A stretch of DNA of 64,000 nucleotides, taken from positions 15,870 through 79,869 of the IMG/VR virus record IMGVR_UViG_2684623061_000002. The stretch is one strand, 5' to 3'. The notes below the pieces were generated by a model. It worked only from the letters and a program-made list of their open reading frames with translations. It had not been told where the DNA came from and did not search any database. The first letter of the stretch is position 1, and each line of letters starts with the position of its first letter. This document shows positions 45,217 through 55,158 of this stretch, one piece after another. The DNA comes from a virus (lineage: Duplodnaviria; Caudoviricetes). The translations under genes and the position numbers were made by a program.

Positions 45217-45693
45217 ATGAGCATCCTGGCGCGCGTCCTGCTCGGTCTGGTGATCGCCCTGGCCGTCCTCGGCCTGTGGCAGCGCGGCTCGCTGGCAAAG
45301 GCCCAGCGCGCGCGCGACGCCGCCGTCGCCGAGAGGGATTCCGCCGTCACCGAGCGCGACAACGCCAACAAGATCATCACCGATGAGCGCCGGCGGGCCG
45401 ACACGGCCAACGCCATTGCGGCCAAGTACGAGCAGGAGAAGCAAGATGCTGAATCGAATGGTGCGGCTGTCGTTGCTGGCCTGCGCGCTGGCACTCTGCG
45501 GCTGCAAGACCGCTGGGCCGGTTGTGAAGCCCGTCTGTCCGCGGCCAGCAGGCGCGCCGGCGAGCCTGATGCAGAAGCCGAAGACCGAACTGCGAGTGCG
45601 GGCCGAATTGTTCGCGCCGCCGCCGACTGCGACGCCCAAGTCCGAGGCCTCCAAGCACTTGTTGCCGCTGATCGAGCCGAGGTAACGCCGTAA
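45217..45693 (+). CDS. Rz i-spanin
   Basis: N-terminal TM, coiled coil, LRAGTLRL, CDAQVRGLQA. Confidence 0.85.
   Translation: MSILARVLLGLVIALAVLGLWQRGSLAKAQRARDAAVAERDSAVTERDNANKIITDERRRADTANAIAAKYEQEKQDAESNGAAVVAGLRAGTLRLQDRWAGCEARLSAASRRAGEPDAEAEDRTASAGRIVRAAADCDAQVRGLQALVAADRAEVTP
45446..45685 (+). CDS. Rz1 o-spanin (embedded lipoprotein)
   Basis: AGGAG RBS; lipobox LALCGC; Pro-rich; nested in Rz. Confidence 0.8.
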   Translation: MLNRMVRLSLLACALALCGCKTAGPVVKPVCPRPAGAPASLMQKPKTELRVRAELFAPPPTATPKSEASKHLLPLIEPR

Positions 45694-46493
45694 TGGCCTG
45701 GCGTCCCATCGCCGTTTCCGGCATACCGTTCGTGTTCAACGACACCTTCGGCACGGTGTCGATGGCTGGAAGCACGGTGACGGCGCCCATGAACAGTGGG
45801 CCGGCCTGGTACATCATGATCGGCGACGAAACCGTCGATTACCCGATCCGGATCACCGTCCAGAGCTACAGCAGCGAACAGCAGTTCATCGAAGACCCCA
45901 GCAACTTCAGCTTTGAGGTGGTCGGCGGCGGCATCACGACCGTAATCAACGAGAACACGGGGAACACGACCGAGTTCAGCCCGAATCCGGTCACCGGGAC
46001 TGGCCATTACGTCGATTACATCCCCGGCAACGGCGTCGAGACCGTGCGCACCGAGGCTTACTCGATGCTGGTTGAACTGGACGTAGTTGCATCAGGGGGG
46101 TGCCAAGAGCATGGCCGCACGACCCGCGCCTTCGTCTCTGGGTATACGCTCGACCGGGTTCATGTGGTCCGTGCAGCCAGGACGCAGCGGCGATGTCTGG
46201 TGGCCGATTTCAACGGCGCCATCGACAAGTCGCGGCAGATCGCCAAGGCGACATGGCGCTGCAATTCGCCGTGGATCACGATCCTCGACACCCCGACGAT
46301 CAGCGCCAGCGGCCGCGCAGCGCAGGTCAATGCGACGCTGGGCAACTGCGGGGCGGGGCACGTGAAGTGCTCGGTCGAGCTGGACAACGGCGAGATCTAC
46401 ACCCAGGTGTTCGAAGTCCGTGTCGTGGATGCGCCGTATTTCGCCGAGCCCTACCAGTCGCCCGGTCCATACGAGCTGACGGTGACTGCATGA
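45693..46493 (+). CDS. Hypothetical beta-rich protein (possible virion accessory)
   Basis: 266 aa between Rz and terS, coupled on both sides. Confidence 0.65.
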   Translation: MAWRPIAVSGIPFVFNDTFGTVSMAGSTVTAPMNSGPAWYIMIGDETVDYPIRITVQSYSSEQQFIEDPSNFSFEVVGGGITTVINENTGNTTEFSPNPVTGTGHYVDYIPGNGVETVRTEAYSMLVELDVVASGGCQEHGRTTRAFVSGYTLDRVHVVRAARTQRRCLVADFNGAIDKSRQIAKATWRCNSPWITILDTPTISASGRAAQVNATLGNCGAGHVKCSVELDNGEIYTQVFEVRVVDAPYFAEPYQSPGPYELTVTA

Positions 46494-46906
46494 AGCCGCT
46501 CTACTCCGACGACCTGGCCGCGGCGATCTGCGAGCGGCTGGCGAGTGGCGAGACGCTGACGTCGATTTGCCGTGCTGAAGGCATGCCGGCGCCACGCACC
46601 GTACGCGAGTGGAGCCGAGACAATTCCGAGTTCGGTAAGGCCTATCGGCAAGCGATGGAGTCGGGCTGTCATGCGCTGCTCGATGAAACGCTGGACATCG
46701 CGGACAACAAGAATGAGCCGGCGGACAGTCGCAAGCTGCGCATCTGGGCGCGCCACGAGCTGGCCGCCCGCAAGCGTCCCGACCTGTTCGGCAAGATGGT
46801 GAAGATGGAGCACACCGGCGCCGATGGCGGCCCGATGAAGCACGAATCAACCGTCACGCTCGACCCGGGCGAGGCATACAGGCGACTGCTCAACCCCGAT
46901 GCTTGA
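46490..46906 (+). CDS. Terminase small subunit
   Basis: ICERLASGETLTSICRAEGMP, EHTGADGGP. Confidence 0.88.
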   Translation: MKPLYSDDLAAAICERLASGETLTSICRAEGMPAPRTVREWSRDNSEFGKAYRQAMESGCHALLDETLDIADNKNEPADSRKLRIWARHELAARKRPDLFGKMVKMEHTGADGGPMKHESTVTLDPGEAYRRLLNPDA

Positions 46907-48419
46907 CTGGAAAGCGCCCGACTATGCGCCGGTTTACGCCGAGCGCAGTCGGCGCCTGTCCGATCTTCGGGCCGATCCGGACTTGCTCGCTGCGGTGAAG
47001 GTGCACTACGCATCCAGCCCTGCGGACTTCGTCAACGACTGGGGGATGACCTTCGATCCCCGAAACGCTGAGGTCGGACGGGAAACCATCGTCCCGTTCG
47101 TGCTGTTCGACAAGCAGCGCGAGTTCATCGATTACCTGTATCGCAAGTGGCGCGCACGCGAAGATGGCCTGGCCGAGAAGTCGCGCGACATGGGCGTGTC
47201 CTGGCTGTGCGTTGGGTTCGGCGTCTGGATGTTCCTGTTCCACGCCGGCACCGTCGTCGGCTTCGGTAGCCGCAAAGAGGAGTACGTCGACCGTCTCGGT
47301 GACCCGAAATCCCTGTTCTGGAAGGTGCGCAACTTCATCGACCTGCTGCCGATCGAGTTCCGGCCGGCGGGCTGGGATGCGAAGACGTGCGCGCCATTCA
47401 TGCGAATCCAGAACCCCGAGAACGGGGCAACGATCGTGGGGGAGGCCGGCGACAACATCGGTCGCGGTAACCGCACCTCGATCTACTTCAAGGACGAGTC
47501 AGCGTTCTACGAGCGCCCCGAGAACATCGATGCGGCGCTGTCGCAGACCTCCAACTGCAAGATCGACGTGTCGACGCCCAACGGCGCCGGCAACCCGTTC
47601 TACCGGAAGCGCAAGGCCGGCCGCATCGAGGTCTTCACGTTCCGATGGCAGGACGATCCCCGCAAGGGGCCGGAATGGTACGAGAAGCAGCGCCGCGACC
47701 TGGACCCGGTAGTCCTGGCCCAGGAAGTGGATATCGATTACGAGGCCGCGGTAACGGACTCCTTCGTCCCGGGCAACCTGGTCGATGCAGCGCAGCGGAA
47801 CGGGCCCGCCGATGTCGAGGCCTTGGGCCCGGTGAAATGGGGCCTTGACGTTGCGCGCTTCGGCGACGACAAGAGCTGCTTGACCAAACGGCAGGGCCGC
47901 GTCACGTACCCGCAGCAGGTTTGGCAGGGCATCGACACGATGGCCCTCGCGAACGAGGTCTGGGAACAGGCCAAGCGAGAGAAGCCAGCGCAGATCGCAG
48001 TCGACGTGATCGGCGTCGGCGCTGGCGTCCACGACCGGCTTAAGGAGCTGGCCCGCGACTCCGGAATCCAAATCGTAGCGGTGAACGTTTCGCGCCGAGT
48101 CGAGGACGGAACCAACTACAACCTTCGGGCCAAGATGTACGACGCGGGTCGCGAGTGGTTTCGGGATGGCCCTGTGTCGGCGCCGAACGAACCTGATTTC
48201 AAGGCTGAGGTATGCGCGCTTCGCTACTACTACCGCAACGGCCTTCGCCTTATCGAGGACAAGGCCGAGGCGAAGAAGCGCGGGATCAAGTCCCCCGACC
48301 GCGCCGACTCTTTCATGTTGACGTTCGCTGAGCCCGTGATCGAAGTGGCGCCAGCGCTGACCTTTGAAACCCAATTCACGCATGGCGCCAACGCGCCAGG
48401 CTTCGTTACGGAGTGGTGA
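46899..48419 (+). CDS. Terminase large subunit
   Basis: EKSRDMGVSW, FKDESAF, GLDVARFGDD, KSPDRADS. Confidence 0.93.
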   Translation: MLDWKAPDYAPVYAERSRRLSDLRADPDLLAAVKVHYASSPADFVNDWGMTFDPRNAEVGRETIVPFVLFDKQREFIDYLYRKWRAREDGLAEKSRDMGVSWLCVGFGVWMFLFHAGTVVGFGSRKEEYVDRLGDPKSLFWKVRNFIDLLPIEFRPAGWDAKTCAPFMRIQNPENGATIVGEAGDNIGRGNRTSIYFKDESAFYERPENIDAALSQTSNCKIDVSTPNGAGNPFYRKRKAGRIEVFTFRWQDDPRKGPEWYEKQRRDLDPVVLAQEVDIDYEAAVTDSFVPGNLVDAAQRNGPADVEALGPVKWGLDVARFGDDKSCLTKRQGRVTYPQQVWQGIDTMALANEVWEQAKREKPAQIAVDVIGVGAGVHDRLKELARDSGIQIVAVNVSRRVEDGTNYNLRAKMYDAGREWFRDGPVSAPNEPDFKAEVCALRYYYRNGLRLIEDKAEAKKRGIKSPDRADSFMLTFAEPVIEVAPALTFETQFTHGANAPGFVTEW

Positions 48420-50386
48420 TGGAAACGAACGACTTCACCCGAACGATGCTGGATCGGGCCGACAAGGCGTTCTCGCACGAAACTGAGCAGCGCCAGCGCG
48501 CCGTTTCGGATATGAAGTTCGCGTTCGTCGCCGGGCACCAATGGGATGCCCACCTCACCAAGAAGCGTCGCAACCGGCCGTGCTACGAGTTCAACCGCAT
48601 TCGCCAGATGATCCGCCGGGTGACCGGCCAGCAACTGCAGAACAAGCCGCAGATCAAGGCGCGGCCGGTTGAGGACGGCGACATCGAGACGGCCGAGGTC
48701 ATCAACGGCCTGATTCGCAATATCGAAGCCAACTCCGGCGCCGAGAACGCGTACGACACGGCGTTCCAGTGGTCGTGCGGTGGTGGCTTTGGCGTGCTAC
48801 GGGTGGTGACGGAGTACGAGAGCGATTACACGTTCAACCAGTGCCTGAAGATCAAGTCGGTTAACGATCCGACGACGGTGTACTGCGACCCATCGGCCAA
48901 GGAGTTCGACCGCAGCGATGCAAATTTCTGGTTCATCACCGACAAGGTCAGTCGGGCGGAGTTCAAGCGCCGCTGGCCGAAGGCTGAGGTCGTGGACTTC
49001 AAGGGGCCGGCGAACTCGGGCTTGCAGCGCGGTTGGTGGGACCAGGACGACGTCCGAATCGCTGAGTACTGGTACAAGGAGCCGGCGAAGAAGCAGATTT
49101 ACCTGCTGAACGACGGGACGGTGGTAAGCGCGGAGGAGTTCGACCCGATTGCCGACGAGGCCGCGGCCACTGGCTTGCAAATCAAGGATCGCCGCGAGGT
49201 CGATACCCACATCGTCAAGTCGGTCCTGGTCTCCGGCATGGGGCCCCTGGAGGAGCCGACCGAGTGGCCGGGCTCCTGCATCCCGATCGTCCCGCAATGG
49301 GGCGACCTGATCACCGTCGACGGGCGCCAGATCTACAGCGGCATGACGCGGTTCGGGCGCGATGCGCAGACCGTCCACAATTTCGAGCTGTCGACCCTGA
49401 TCGAGGTGGTCGCGAAGCTGCCGAACAGCCCGCTGAAGGCTACTCCGAAGATGATTGAGGGGCTGAAGTCGTATTACGAGCGGCTCGGCTACGACGACCC
49501 GCCGGTGCTGCTCTACAACGCCGATCCGGATGCGCCCGGCGGCAGCCCGCAGCGCGAGCCGATGGCGCAGTTCCCGGCGGCACTCGCAAACCTGTCGGCG
49601 ATGGCAACGGAGGAGATGAAGGCGACGCTCGGTATCTACGATGCGAGCCTGGGCGCCAAGTCCAACGAGACCAGCGGCAGGGCCATCATCGCCCGCCAGA
49701 ACGAGGGCGAGACCTCCAATTTCGTCTACATCGACAACCAGGTGAAGGCGATCAAGAGGATCGGCGAGATCCTGGTCGACGCCATCCCTCGGGTATACGA
49801 CGCGGAGCGCAGCATTCGCATCCTGGGCGAAGACGGCGGCGAGAAGTTCATCCGGGTCAACCGCGTCACGCTCGACGAGCAGACCGGACAGCAGATCGTC
49901 ATCAATGACCTGTCCCGCGGCAAGTACGACATCAGCGTGACCGTCGGAAAGAGCTTCGACACCGCGCGCATGGAGGTGGCCGAGGCCGCTCAGGCGATGG
50001 TCGGTACGCCGGGGCCGTTCGGCCTCATGGCGCAGTACCTGCTGCTGCAGAACCTGGACGTGCCGGGCCTGGACGAGTTCAAGAAGGCCGCCCGAAAGGT
50101 GCTGGTCGCGCAGGGGCTGCTGGAGGCCGGCGACGGTGATCAACCTCCCGCGCCGCCGCCGCCGAACCCGAAGGACATGGCCAGCGCCGAAAACCAGGCC
50201 GCCCAGGCCCTGCTCAACAGGGCGAAGGCCGAAGGCCAGCAGATCGAGAACACGCTTCAAACGATGGCGATCGGGATGCCGCAACCGCCCCCCGATCAGC
50301 CATTCGATGCCATGCCCACAGACCAGCCGCCGCAAGGCGGCTTTTTTGTGCCCGAAGCACCCGAACCGGGCGGATTCCCGGGCTAA
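48419..50386 (+). CDS. P22-like portal protein
   Basis: GHQWD, RPCYEFNRI, VRIAEYW, IPIVPQWG, SNETSGRAI. Confidence 0.92.
   Translation: METNDFTRTMLDRADKAFSHETEQRQRAVSDMKFAFVAGHQWDAHLTKKRRNRPCYEFNRIRQMIRRVTGQQLQNKPQIKARPVEDGDIETAEVINGLIRNIEANSGAENAYDTAFQWSCGGGFGVLRVVTEYESDYTFNQCLKIKSVNDPTTVYCDPSAKEFDRSDANFWFITDKVSRAEFKRRWPKAEVVDFKGPANSGLQRGWWDQDDVRIAEYWYKEPAKKQIYLLNDGTVVSAEEFDPIADEAAATGLQIKDRREVDTHIVKSVLVSGMGPLEEPTEWPGSCIPIVPQWGDLITVDGRQIYSGMTRFGRDAQTVHNFELSTLIEVVAKLPNSPLKATPKMIEGLKSYYERLGYDDPPVLLYNADPDAPGGSPQREPMAQFPAALANLSAMATEEMKATLGIYDASLGAKSNETSGRAIIARQNEGETSNFVYIDNQVKAIKRIGEILVDAIPRVYDAERSIRILGEDGGEKFIRVNRVTLDEQTGQQIVINDLSRGKYDISVTVGKSFDTARMEVAEAAQAMVGTPGPFGLMAQYLLLQNLDVPGLDEFKKAARKVLVAQGLLEAGDGDQPPAPPPPNPKDMASAENQAAQALLNRAKAEGQQIENTLQTMAIGMPQPPPDQPFDAMPTDQPPQGGFFVPEAPEPGGFPG
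50325..50347 (+). terminator. Terminator-like hairpin inside the 3' end of the portal gene
   Basis: AGCCGCC-GCAA-GGCGGCT followed by TTTTT. Confidence 0.6.
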
Positions 50387-50401
50387 CCGTTCGAGGAACG
50401 C

Positions 50402-51301
50402 ATGTCTGACGACATCTTGACCGCGGCTGCTCCGGCACCCGCGGCGGCGGCGCCTGTCGCTGAGGAAATGAAGAGCACGGCCGTGCCGAGCCTGATGAAG
50501 CCTGTCGAAGCCCAGCCCGCGCAGGAAGCGCCGGCGGAGGCCTCGGAAGGCGGCGAGGGTGAGGCGGAACACGAGGAGGAAGCGTCGGCTGCTTCCGAAG
50601 GGAACGATGCCCCCGACGGCGCCCGCAAGAACAAGGGCGTTGGAAAGCGCATCAACGAGCTGACCCGAGAGAAGTACGAGGCCATTCGCAAGGCGGAAGC
50701 CTTGGAGCGCCGAGTCGCGGAGTTGGAGAAGGGTGGGAATCAGCAGAGTGCCCCGGAACAGACCGGGCGCCCGAAGCTCGAAGACTACGACTTCGACAAC
50801 GACAAGTACTTGGAAGCCCTGACCGACTGGAAGGTCGACCAGAAGCTGAGCGCGAAGTCGAGCACCGACCAGCGTGAAGTCCAGGCACAAGCCGTCGAGA
50901 AGCGCATCGCGACGTATGCCGAGCAGAACCCCGAGGCGTGGCACGAAGCTGTCACGGCCCCCGTCAATTACACCGAACCGATGTTGGCTGCGCTCGCTGA
51001 AAGCGAGTTGATGCCGCAAATCGGTGTGTACCTGGCGCAGCACCTGGACGAAGCGGACGCCATCTCGAAGATGTCGGCCGCCGGCCAGATCAAGGCAATC
51101 GCGCGCATCGAAGCGTCGTTGGCGCCGCAAGGCGCCGCGTCCACCACTCAGACCGCTCGGGTCGAGCCCCCCAAGAAGCTGACAACCACCCCGCCGCCAG
51201 CGAAGACGCTGCAAGGCGGTGCTCCTGCCGTCAAGAGCATCGACGACATGACCACCGCGGAGCGCATCGCGCATTGGCGTGCGGAAAAAGCCAATCGCTA
51301 A
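50402..51301 (+). CDS. Scaffolding protein
   Basis: Acidic, helical; KRINELTREK; between portal and coat. Confidence 0.8.
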   Translation: MSDDILTAAAPAPAAAAPVAEEMKSTAVPSLMKPVEAQPAQEAPAEASEGGEGEAEHEEEASAASEGNDAPDGARKNKGVGKRINELTREKYEAIRKAEALERRVAELEKGGNQQSAPEQTGRPKLEDYDFDNDKYLEALTDWKVDQKLSAKSSTDQREVQAQAVEKRIATYAEQNPEAWHEAVTAPVNYTEPMLAALAESELMPQIGVYLAQHLDEADAISKMSAAGQIKAIARIEASLAPQGAASTTQTARVEPPKKLTTTPPPAKTLQGGAPAVKSIDDMTTAERIAHWRAEKANR

Positions 51302-51316
51302 TCCGAGGATTACCCC

Positions 51317-52516
51317 ATGAGCAACAACCTTGTTACTACCGACAAGGTGGCCGACTACGCGCTGATGAAGTTCAGCGAAAGCGCCACCTTCCTGCGGTCC
51401 GTTAACCGCGAATACGACGAGTCCTTCGCCAAGAAGGAAGCGAAGATCGGCGACACCCTGCGCGTGCCGATCCCGCAGCACGGCCTGGTTCGAAAGGGCC
51501 GCGTCGCCACCCCGAACCCGCTGCAGACGATCACCCGCAATGTCAGCGTGTACGGCCAGCGTGGCATCGATGTGATCTTCAACTCCGCCGAAATGGCGCT
51601 GGACATCGAGGAACTCGGCCGCCGTTACATCGACCAGCAGATCGCCGATCTCGTGGTCAGCATCGAGGCCGAGGTTCTGGCCATGGCGATCGCCGCCACC
51701 CCGAACCAGACCGGTGACACCGCCGCTCGCTTAAACAACATCTTCTACGCCAACCTGGCCAAGAAGCAGATCGAGGACAACGGTGGCCACAAGGGCACCA
51801 AGAAGATGCTGCTCAACTCCGCCGGCGAAGTGCAGATCGTCGATTCGCTGAAGGGCCTGTTCAACGCCCAGAAGCAGATCGCCGTTCAGTACGAAGAGGG
51901 CGAGATGGGCCGCGCGGCCGGCTTCGACTGGAGTTCCACCACGGTCATGCCGCGTCAGCTGCGCGGCGCCGGCGCGGGCTATCTGGTCAACGGCGCCAAC
52001 CAGTCCGGGTCGTCCCTGATCGTCGATACCGGCACTGGCACCGTGCTCAAGGGCGAGATCATCACCATTGTCGGTGTCAACGCGGTGCACCCGCAGACCA
52101 AGCAGAATCTCGGCTATCTGCGCCAGTTCGTGGTGACCGAGGACTATGCGGGCGGCGGCGGCACGATCTCGATCTACCCGGCCATCGTCACCTCGGGCAG
52201 CGAGCAGAACGTCACCGCTGTGGCGGCCGACAACGCGGCCATCACCATCGCCGGCACCGCCAGCACGCCGTACGGCATCAATCTCGCGTTCACCAAGGAC
52301 GCCTACACGTTCGGCACCGTCGACCTGCCGGAATACCCCGACCGTCCGTGCAGCCGCCGTGTCTACGACGGCATCTCCATGCGCGTGGCCCAGGGCTCCG
52401 ACATCATCAACGACCAGTTCATCATGCGCTTCGACATCATGTGCGCCTTCGGTGCACTGCGCCCCGAGTGGGCCTCGCGCGTGGCGAACAACGACACCCT
52501 GCTCACGCCGGCCTAA
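51317..52516 (+). CDS. P22-like major capsid protein
   Basis: NREYDESF, KIGDTLRV, GVNAVHPQTK, RFDIMCAFGALRPEWA. Confidence 0.92.
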   Translation: MSNNLVTTDKVADYALMKFSESATFLRSVNREYDESFAKKEAKIGDTLRVPIPQHGLVRKGRVATPNPLQTITRNVSVYGQRGIDVIFNSAEMALDIEELGRRYIDQQIADLVVSIEAEVLAMAIAATPNQTGDTAARLNNIFYANLAKKQIEDNGGHKGTKKMLLNSAGEVQIVDSLKGLFNAQKQIAVQYEEGEMGRAAGFDWSSTTVMPRQLRGAGAGYLVNGANQSGSSLIVDTGTGTVLKGEIITIVGVNAVHPQTKQNLGYLRQFVVTEDYAGGGGTISIYPAIVTSGSEQNVTAVAADNAAITIAGTASTPYGINLAFTKDAYTFGTVDLPEYPDRPCSRRVYDGISMRVAQGSDIINDQFIMRFDIMCAFGALRPEWASRVANNDTLLTPA

Positions 52517-52545
52517 CCCGCCGACTCACTTAGGAGTACGCAGTC

Positions 52546-52728
52546 ATGGCAGTTCCGAACCCGGATATCCCGGACCGTTCCGACAACACGTTCTACACCG
52601 GCCCCATCCAGTCGGATGGCACGCGCCTCGTGCAGCCGATCTTCGTCAGCGATCTCCCGACGGCGGACCCGGCAGTCGCCGGTCAGCTGTGGAGCAACGC
52701 GGGCGTGGTGACGGTCAGCGCCGGCTGA
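52546..52728 (+). CDS. Small protein after the coat gene
   Basis: GGAG RBS; LPTADPAVAGQLWSNAGVVTVSAG. Confidence 0.7.
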   Translation: MAVPNPDIPDRSDNTFYTGPIQSDGTRLVQPIFVSDLPTADPAVAGQLWSNAGVVTVSAG

Positions 52729-52750
52729 TCCATCGAAGTCAGTGGTGATT

Positions 52751-52779
52751 GAAAGGGCGCTTCGGCGCCCTTTCTTTTT
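52751..52779 (+). terminator. Intrinsic terminator after the capsid genes
   Basis: GAAAGGGCGC-TTCG-GCGCCCTTTC followed by TTTTT. Confidence 0.9.
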
Positions 52780-52790
52780 GGGGCCTTGAG

Positions 52791-53210
52791 ATGACAAAAG
52801 TTGCAGACATCGTCAAGTCAGCGCTCCAGGAGCTGACCGTCATCGATGAGCAGGAGACGCCTAGCGCAGAAGCAATGCGTTCGGGAATCGACTGGCTCAA
52901 TCGAATGATGCGCCGTTGGGAAGCGAATCTGCTCGCGCTTGGCTGGTCGACCGTTGCCGGCCCGGACGACGACTTGCCCGCACCTGAGGAGGCCGAGGAA
53001 GCGATCGTGCTCAATCTGGCGCTGAAGCTGCGGCGCAGCTACGGTGTGCCGCTCGGCGACGTTCCCGACCTGCCTAAGGATGCGCGTGACGCCTACGCGT
53101 TGCTGCTTCGCGATCAAGAAGTCGCGACCCCGATTCAACCAATTCTCGATGCGCCGGAGCCTGACTACTACGGCGCTGACCGATTCCGTTCGAGCGCGTG
53201 GGACTACTGA
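52791..53210 (+). CDS. P22 gp4-like head-tail adaptor
   Basis: DIVKSALQEL, WLNRMMRRWE, AIVLNLALKL; synteny. Confidence 0.75.
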   Translation: MTKVADIVKSALQELTVIDEQETPSAEAMRSGIDWLNRMMRRWEANLLALGWSTVAGPDDDLPAPEEAEEAIVLNLALKLRRSYGVPLGDVPDLPKDARDAYALLLRDQEVATPIQPILDAPEPDYYGADRFRSSAWDY

Positions 53211-54613
53211 TGCGATACGAGCCCGTCAACATCGTTGGCGGATCGTACGCCGACGAGACGAAGCCATGGACTGTGCAGGATACGGTCAACTGGCTGGTGC
53301 TTCCGGCCGAGCGTGATGGCGCGCGGTCTGACGCGATCTTGCGTAGTGCGCCGGGCCTAGTCGATTACGCCGAAACGCAGAACAAGCCGGTCCGCGGCGC
53401 CCATGACGCGGAGGGCCTGTTCCTGGTCGTCGTGGGGCGCACGTTGTACCGGGTCAACACGAACGGCACGACGACGGCTCTCGGCACCATTCCGGGCGTC
53501 ACCCGCGTCTCGATGGCCCACAACCAGATCGAGAACGGCAATCAAGTCGTGATCGTCAACGGTCAGTCCGGCTACGTCTGGAATACCGTAACCAGCACGT
53601 TGACGCAGATCACCGACGAGGCCTTCCCAGGCTCGCCGATCGTGGACTACCTCGACGGCTACATCCTCGGTGTCGATCTGTTCGGCCGGTTCTGGTTCAC
53701 CAGCGACCTTAGCCAGGCGACCGAGTACAGCACCCTTGATCGTTCCGACGCCGAGTCGCAGCCGGACAAGATCGTGACGCTGATCGCGACCGGTGGTGAG
53801 GTGCTGGTGTTCGGCGAGCGCACGGGCGAGTTCTTCCGCAACACGGGGGCCGCGACGGGAACCTTTCAGCGCGTCGACGGCGTCTCGATGGACATTGGCT
53901 GCGCCTCGCCGCACGCCCGCGCAGGCCTCGACAACTCCGTCTTCTGGCTCGGCCACGACGGCAACGTGTACCAGCTTCAGGGCAACAGTCCGGTGCGGAT
54001 CAGCACCAGCGCCCTCGAACAGGCGATCTCGGGCCTCAACTGGAAGAACGCGTTTGCGTTCACCTTCGAGGATCGCGGGCACAAAGTCTTCTACCTGACC
54101 TTCCCGGACGGGCAGACCTTCGGCTACGACGTGATCTCGCGCGAGTGGCACCGGCGCGAGTCGTACGGCCTCAAGCGCTGGCGCATCAACACGCTCACCC
54201 CGTGGCGCCGCGGTTGGTACGCCGGCGACTTCTCCGACGGGACGATTTCGCGTGTCGACTGGACGGTCATGAAAGAGGGAACGCAGCCGCTCGTCGCCCG
54301 TCGTCGGACAGGCGTCAGCCACGCGAACGGGAATAAGGTCATCGCCGATGCTCTGAAGCTGGTATTCGATGTAGGCCGCATACCGGTCGGCGTGACCGAC
54401 CACTTCTGCAGCATCCGCTACAGCGACGACGGCGGCCACAACTGGTCGGGCGCGAGAGTGCTGTCGCTTGGCGAGGCTGGTGGCTACCTGCAGACGGTGG
54501 TTGCTCGGCGCCTTGGCCGATTCGAGCAGCGGGTCCTGGAGATCGAGGTCAGTAGCCCCGGCCTCCGTGACCTGATCGCCGCAAGCTGGGCGCCGAGGCT
54601 GACGACCGCATGA
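53210..54613 (+). CDS. P22 gp10-like DNA stabilisation / tail hub protein
   Basis: 467-aa beta-rich protein; AESQPD, FWLGHDG, YSDDGGHNWS; synteny. Confidence 0.85.
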   Translation: MRYEPVNIVGGSYADETKPWTVQDTVNWLVLPAERDGARSDAILRSAPGLVDYAETQNKPVRGAHDAEGLFLVVVGRTLYRVNTNGTTTALGTIPGVTRVSMAHNQIENGNQVVIVNGQSGYVWNTVTSTLTQITDEAFPGSPIVDYLDGYILGVDLFGRFWFTSDLSQATEYSTLDRSDAESQPDKIVTLIATGGEVLVFGERTGEFFRNTGAATGTFQRVDGVSMDIGCASPHARAGLDNSVFWLGHDGNVYQLQGNSPVRISTSALEQAISGLNWKNAFAFTFEDRGHKVFYLTFPDGQTFGYDVISREWHRRESYGLKRWRINTLTPWRRGWYAGDFSDGTISRVDWTVMKEGTQPLVARRRTGVSHANGNKVIADALKLVFDVGRIPVGVTDHFCSIRYSDDGGHNWSGARVLSLGEAGGYLQTVVARRLGRFEQRVLEIEVSSPGLRDLIAASWAPRLTTA

Positions 54614-55158
54614 AGATCATCGACGACTTCCTGCCCGACGCGGAAGCGGTGCGGGCGGCGGCGCTGTGTGCGCCGTTCGAGGATGTGCACGCGCCCGACG
54701 GCGAGGTCTACAAGCGCGTCTGCGTCACCGAAGTTCCCGGCCTGGTCCCAGCGCTTGAGGCCGCCGTCGGCCCAGTCGACATGCTGCTGACCGCCTACCG
54801 CCTGAACTTCGCCGGCGAGCAGCCGAATGCCGCGATCCACAGCGACATCGGCTGGGGCACGCACGCCCTCGTGCTGTACCTGTGCGACGGCGACGGCGGG
54901 ACCGCCTTCTGGCGCCACAAGGCCACCGGCGAGCATCGCATCGAGCCCGGTGACGTGCCGCTCTGGCATGCCGTCCGCGACGACTGGAACCGGCCCGATG
55001 CCTGGGACATGCGCGGCCTGGCCGCACTGAGGTTCAACCGGGCCGTGATCTACGAAAGCGCGCTGTTCCATAGCCGCTACCCCTTCGCCGCGTTCGGTGA
55101 CGGCCCGCAAGACGGCCGGCTGATCGCGGTCGCGTTCTTCAATCTCCGGAGCGCCTGA
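54610..55158 (+). CDS. 2OG-Fe(II) oxygenase-like protein
   Basis: IIDDFLPD, IHSD, LYL, GGTAFW, FNRAVIY, FHSR, RLIAVAFF. Confidence 0.75.
   Translation: MKIIDDFLPDAEAVRAAALCAPFEDVHAPDGEVYKRVCVTEVPGLVPALEAAVGPVDMLLTAYRLNFAGEQPNAAIHSDIGWGTHALVLYLCDGDGGTAFWRHKATGEHRIEPGDVPLWHAVRDDWNRPDAWDMRGLAALRFNRAVIYESALFHSRYPFAAFGDGPQDGRLIAVAFFNLRSA

Noticed and set aside
48797-51481. 894-aa antisense ORF and similar long shadow ORFs (e.g. 40342-41790, 31931-33337)
   Set aside because: Artefacts of high-GC codon bias over well-supported genes; no motifs
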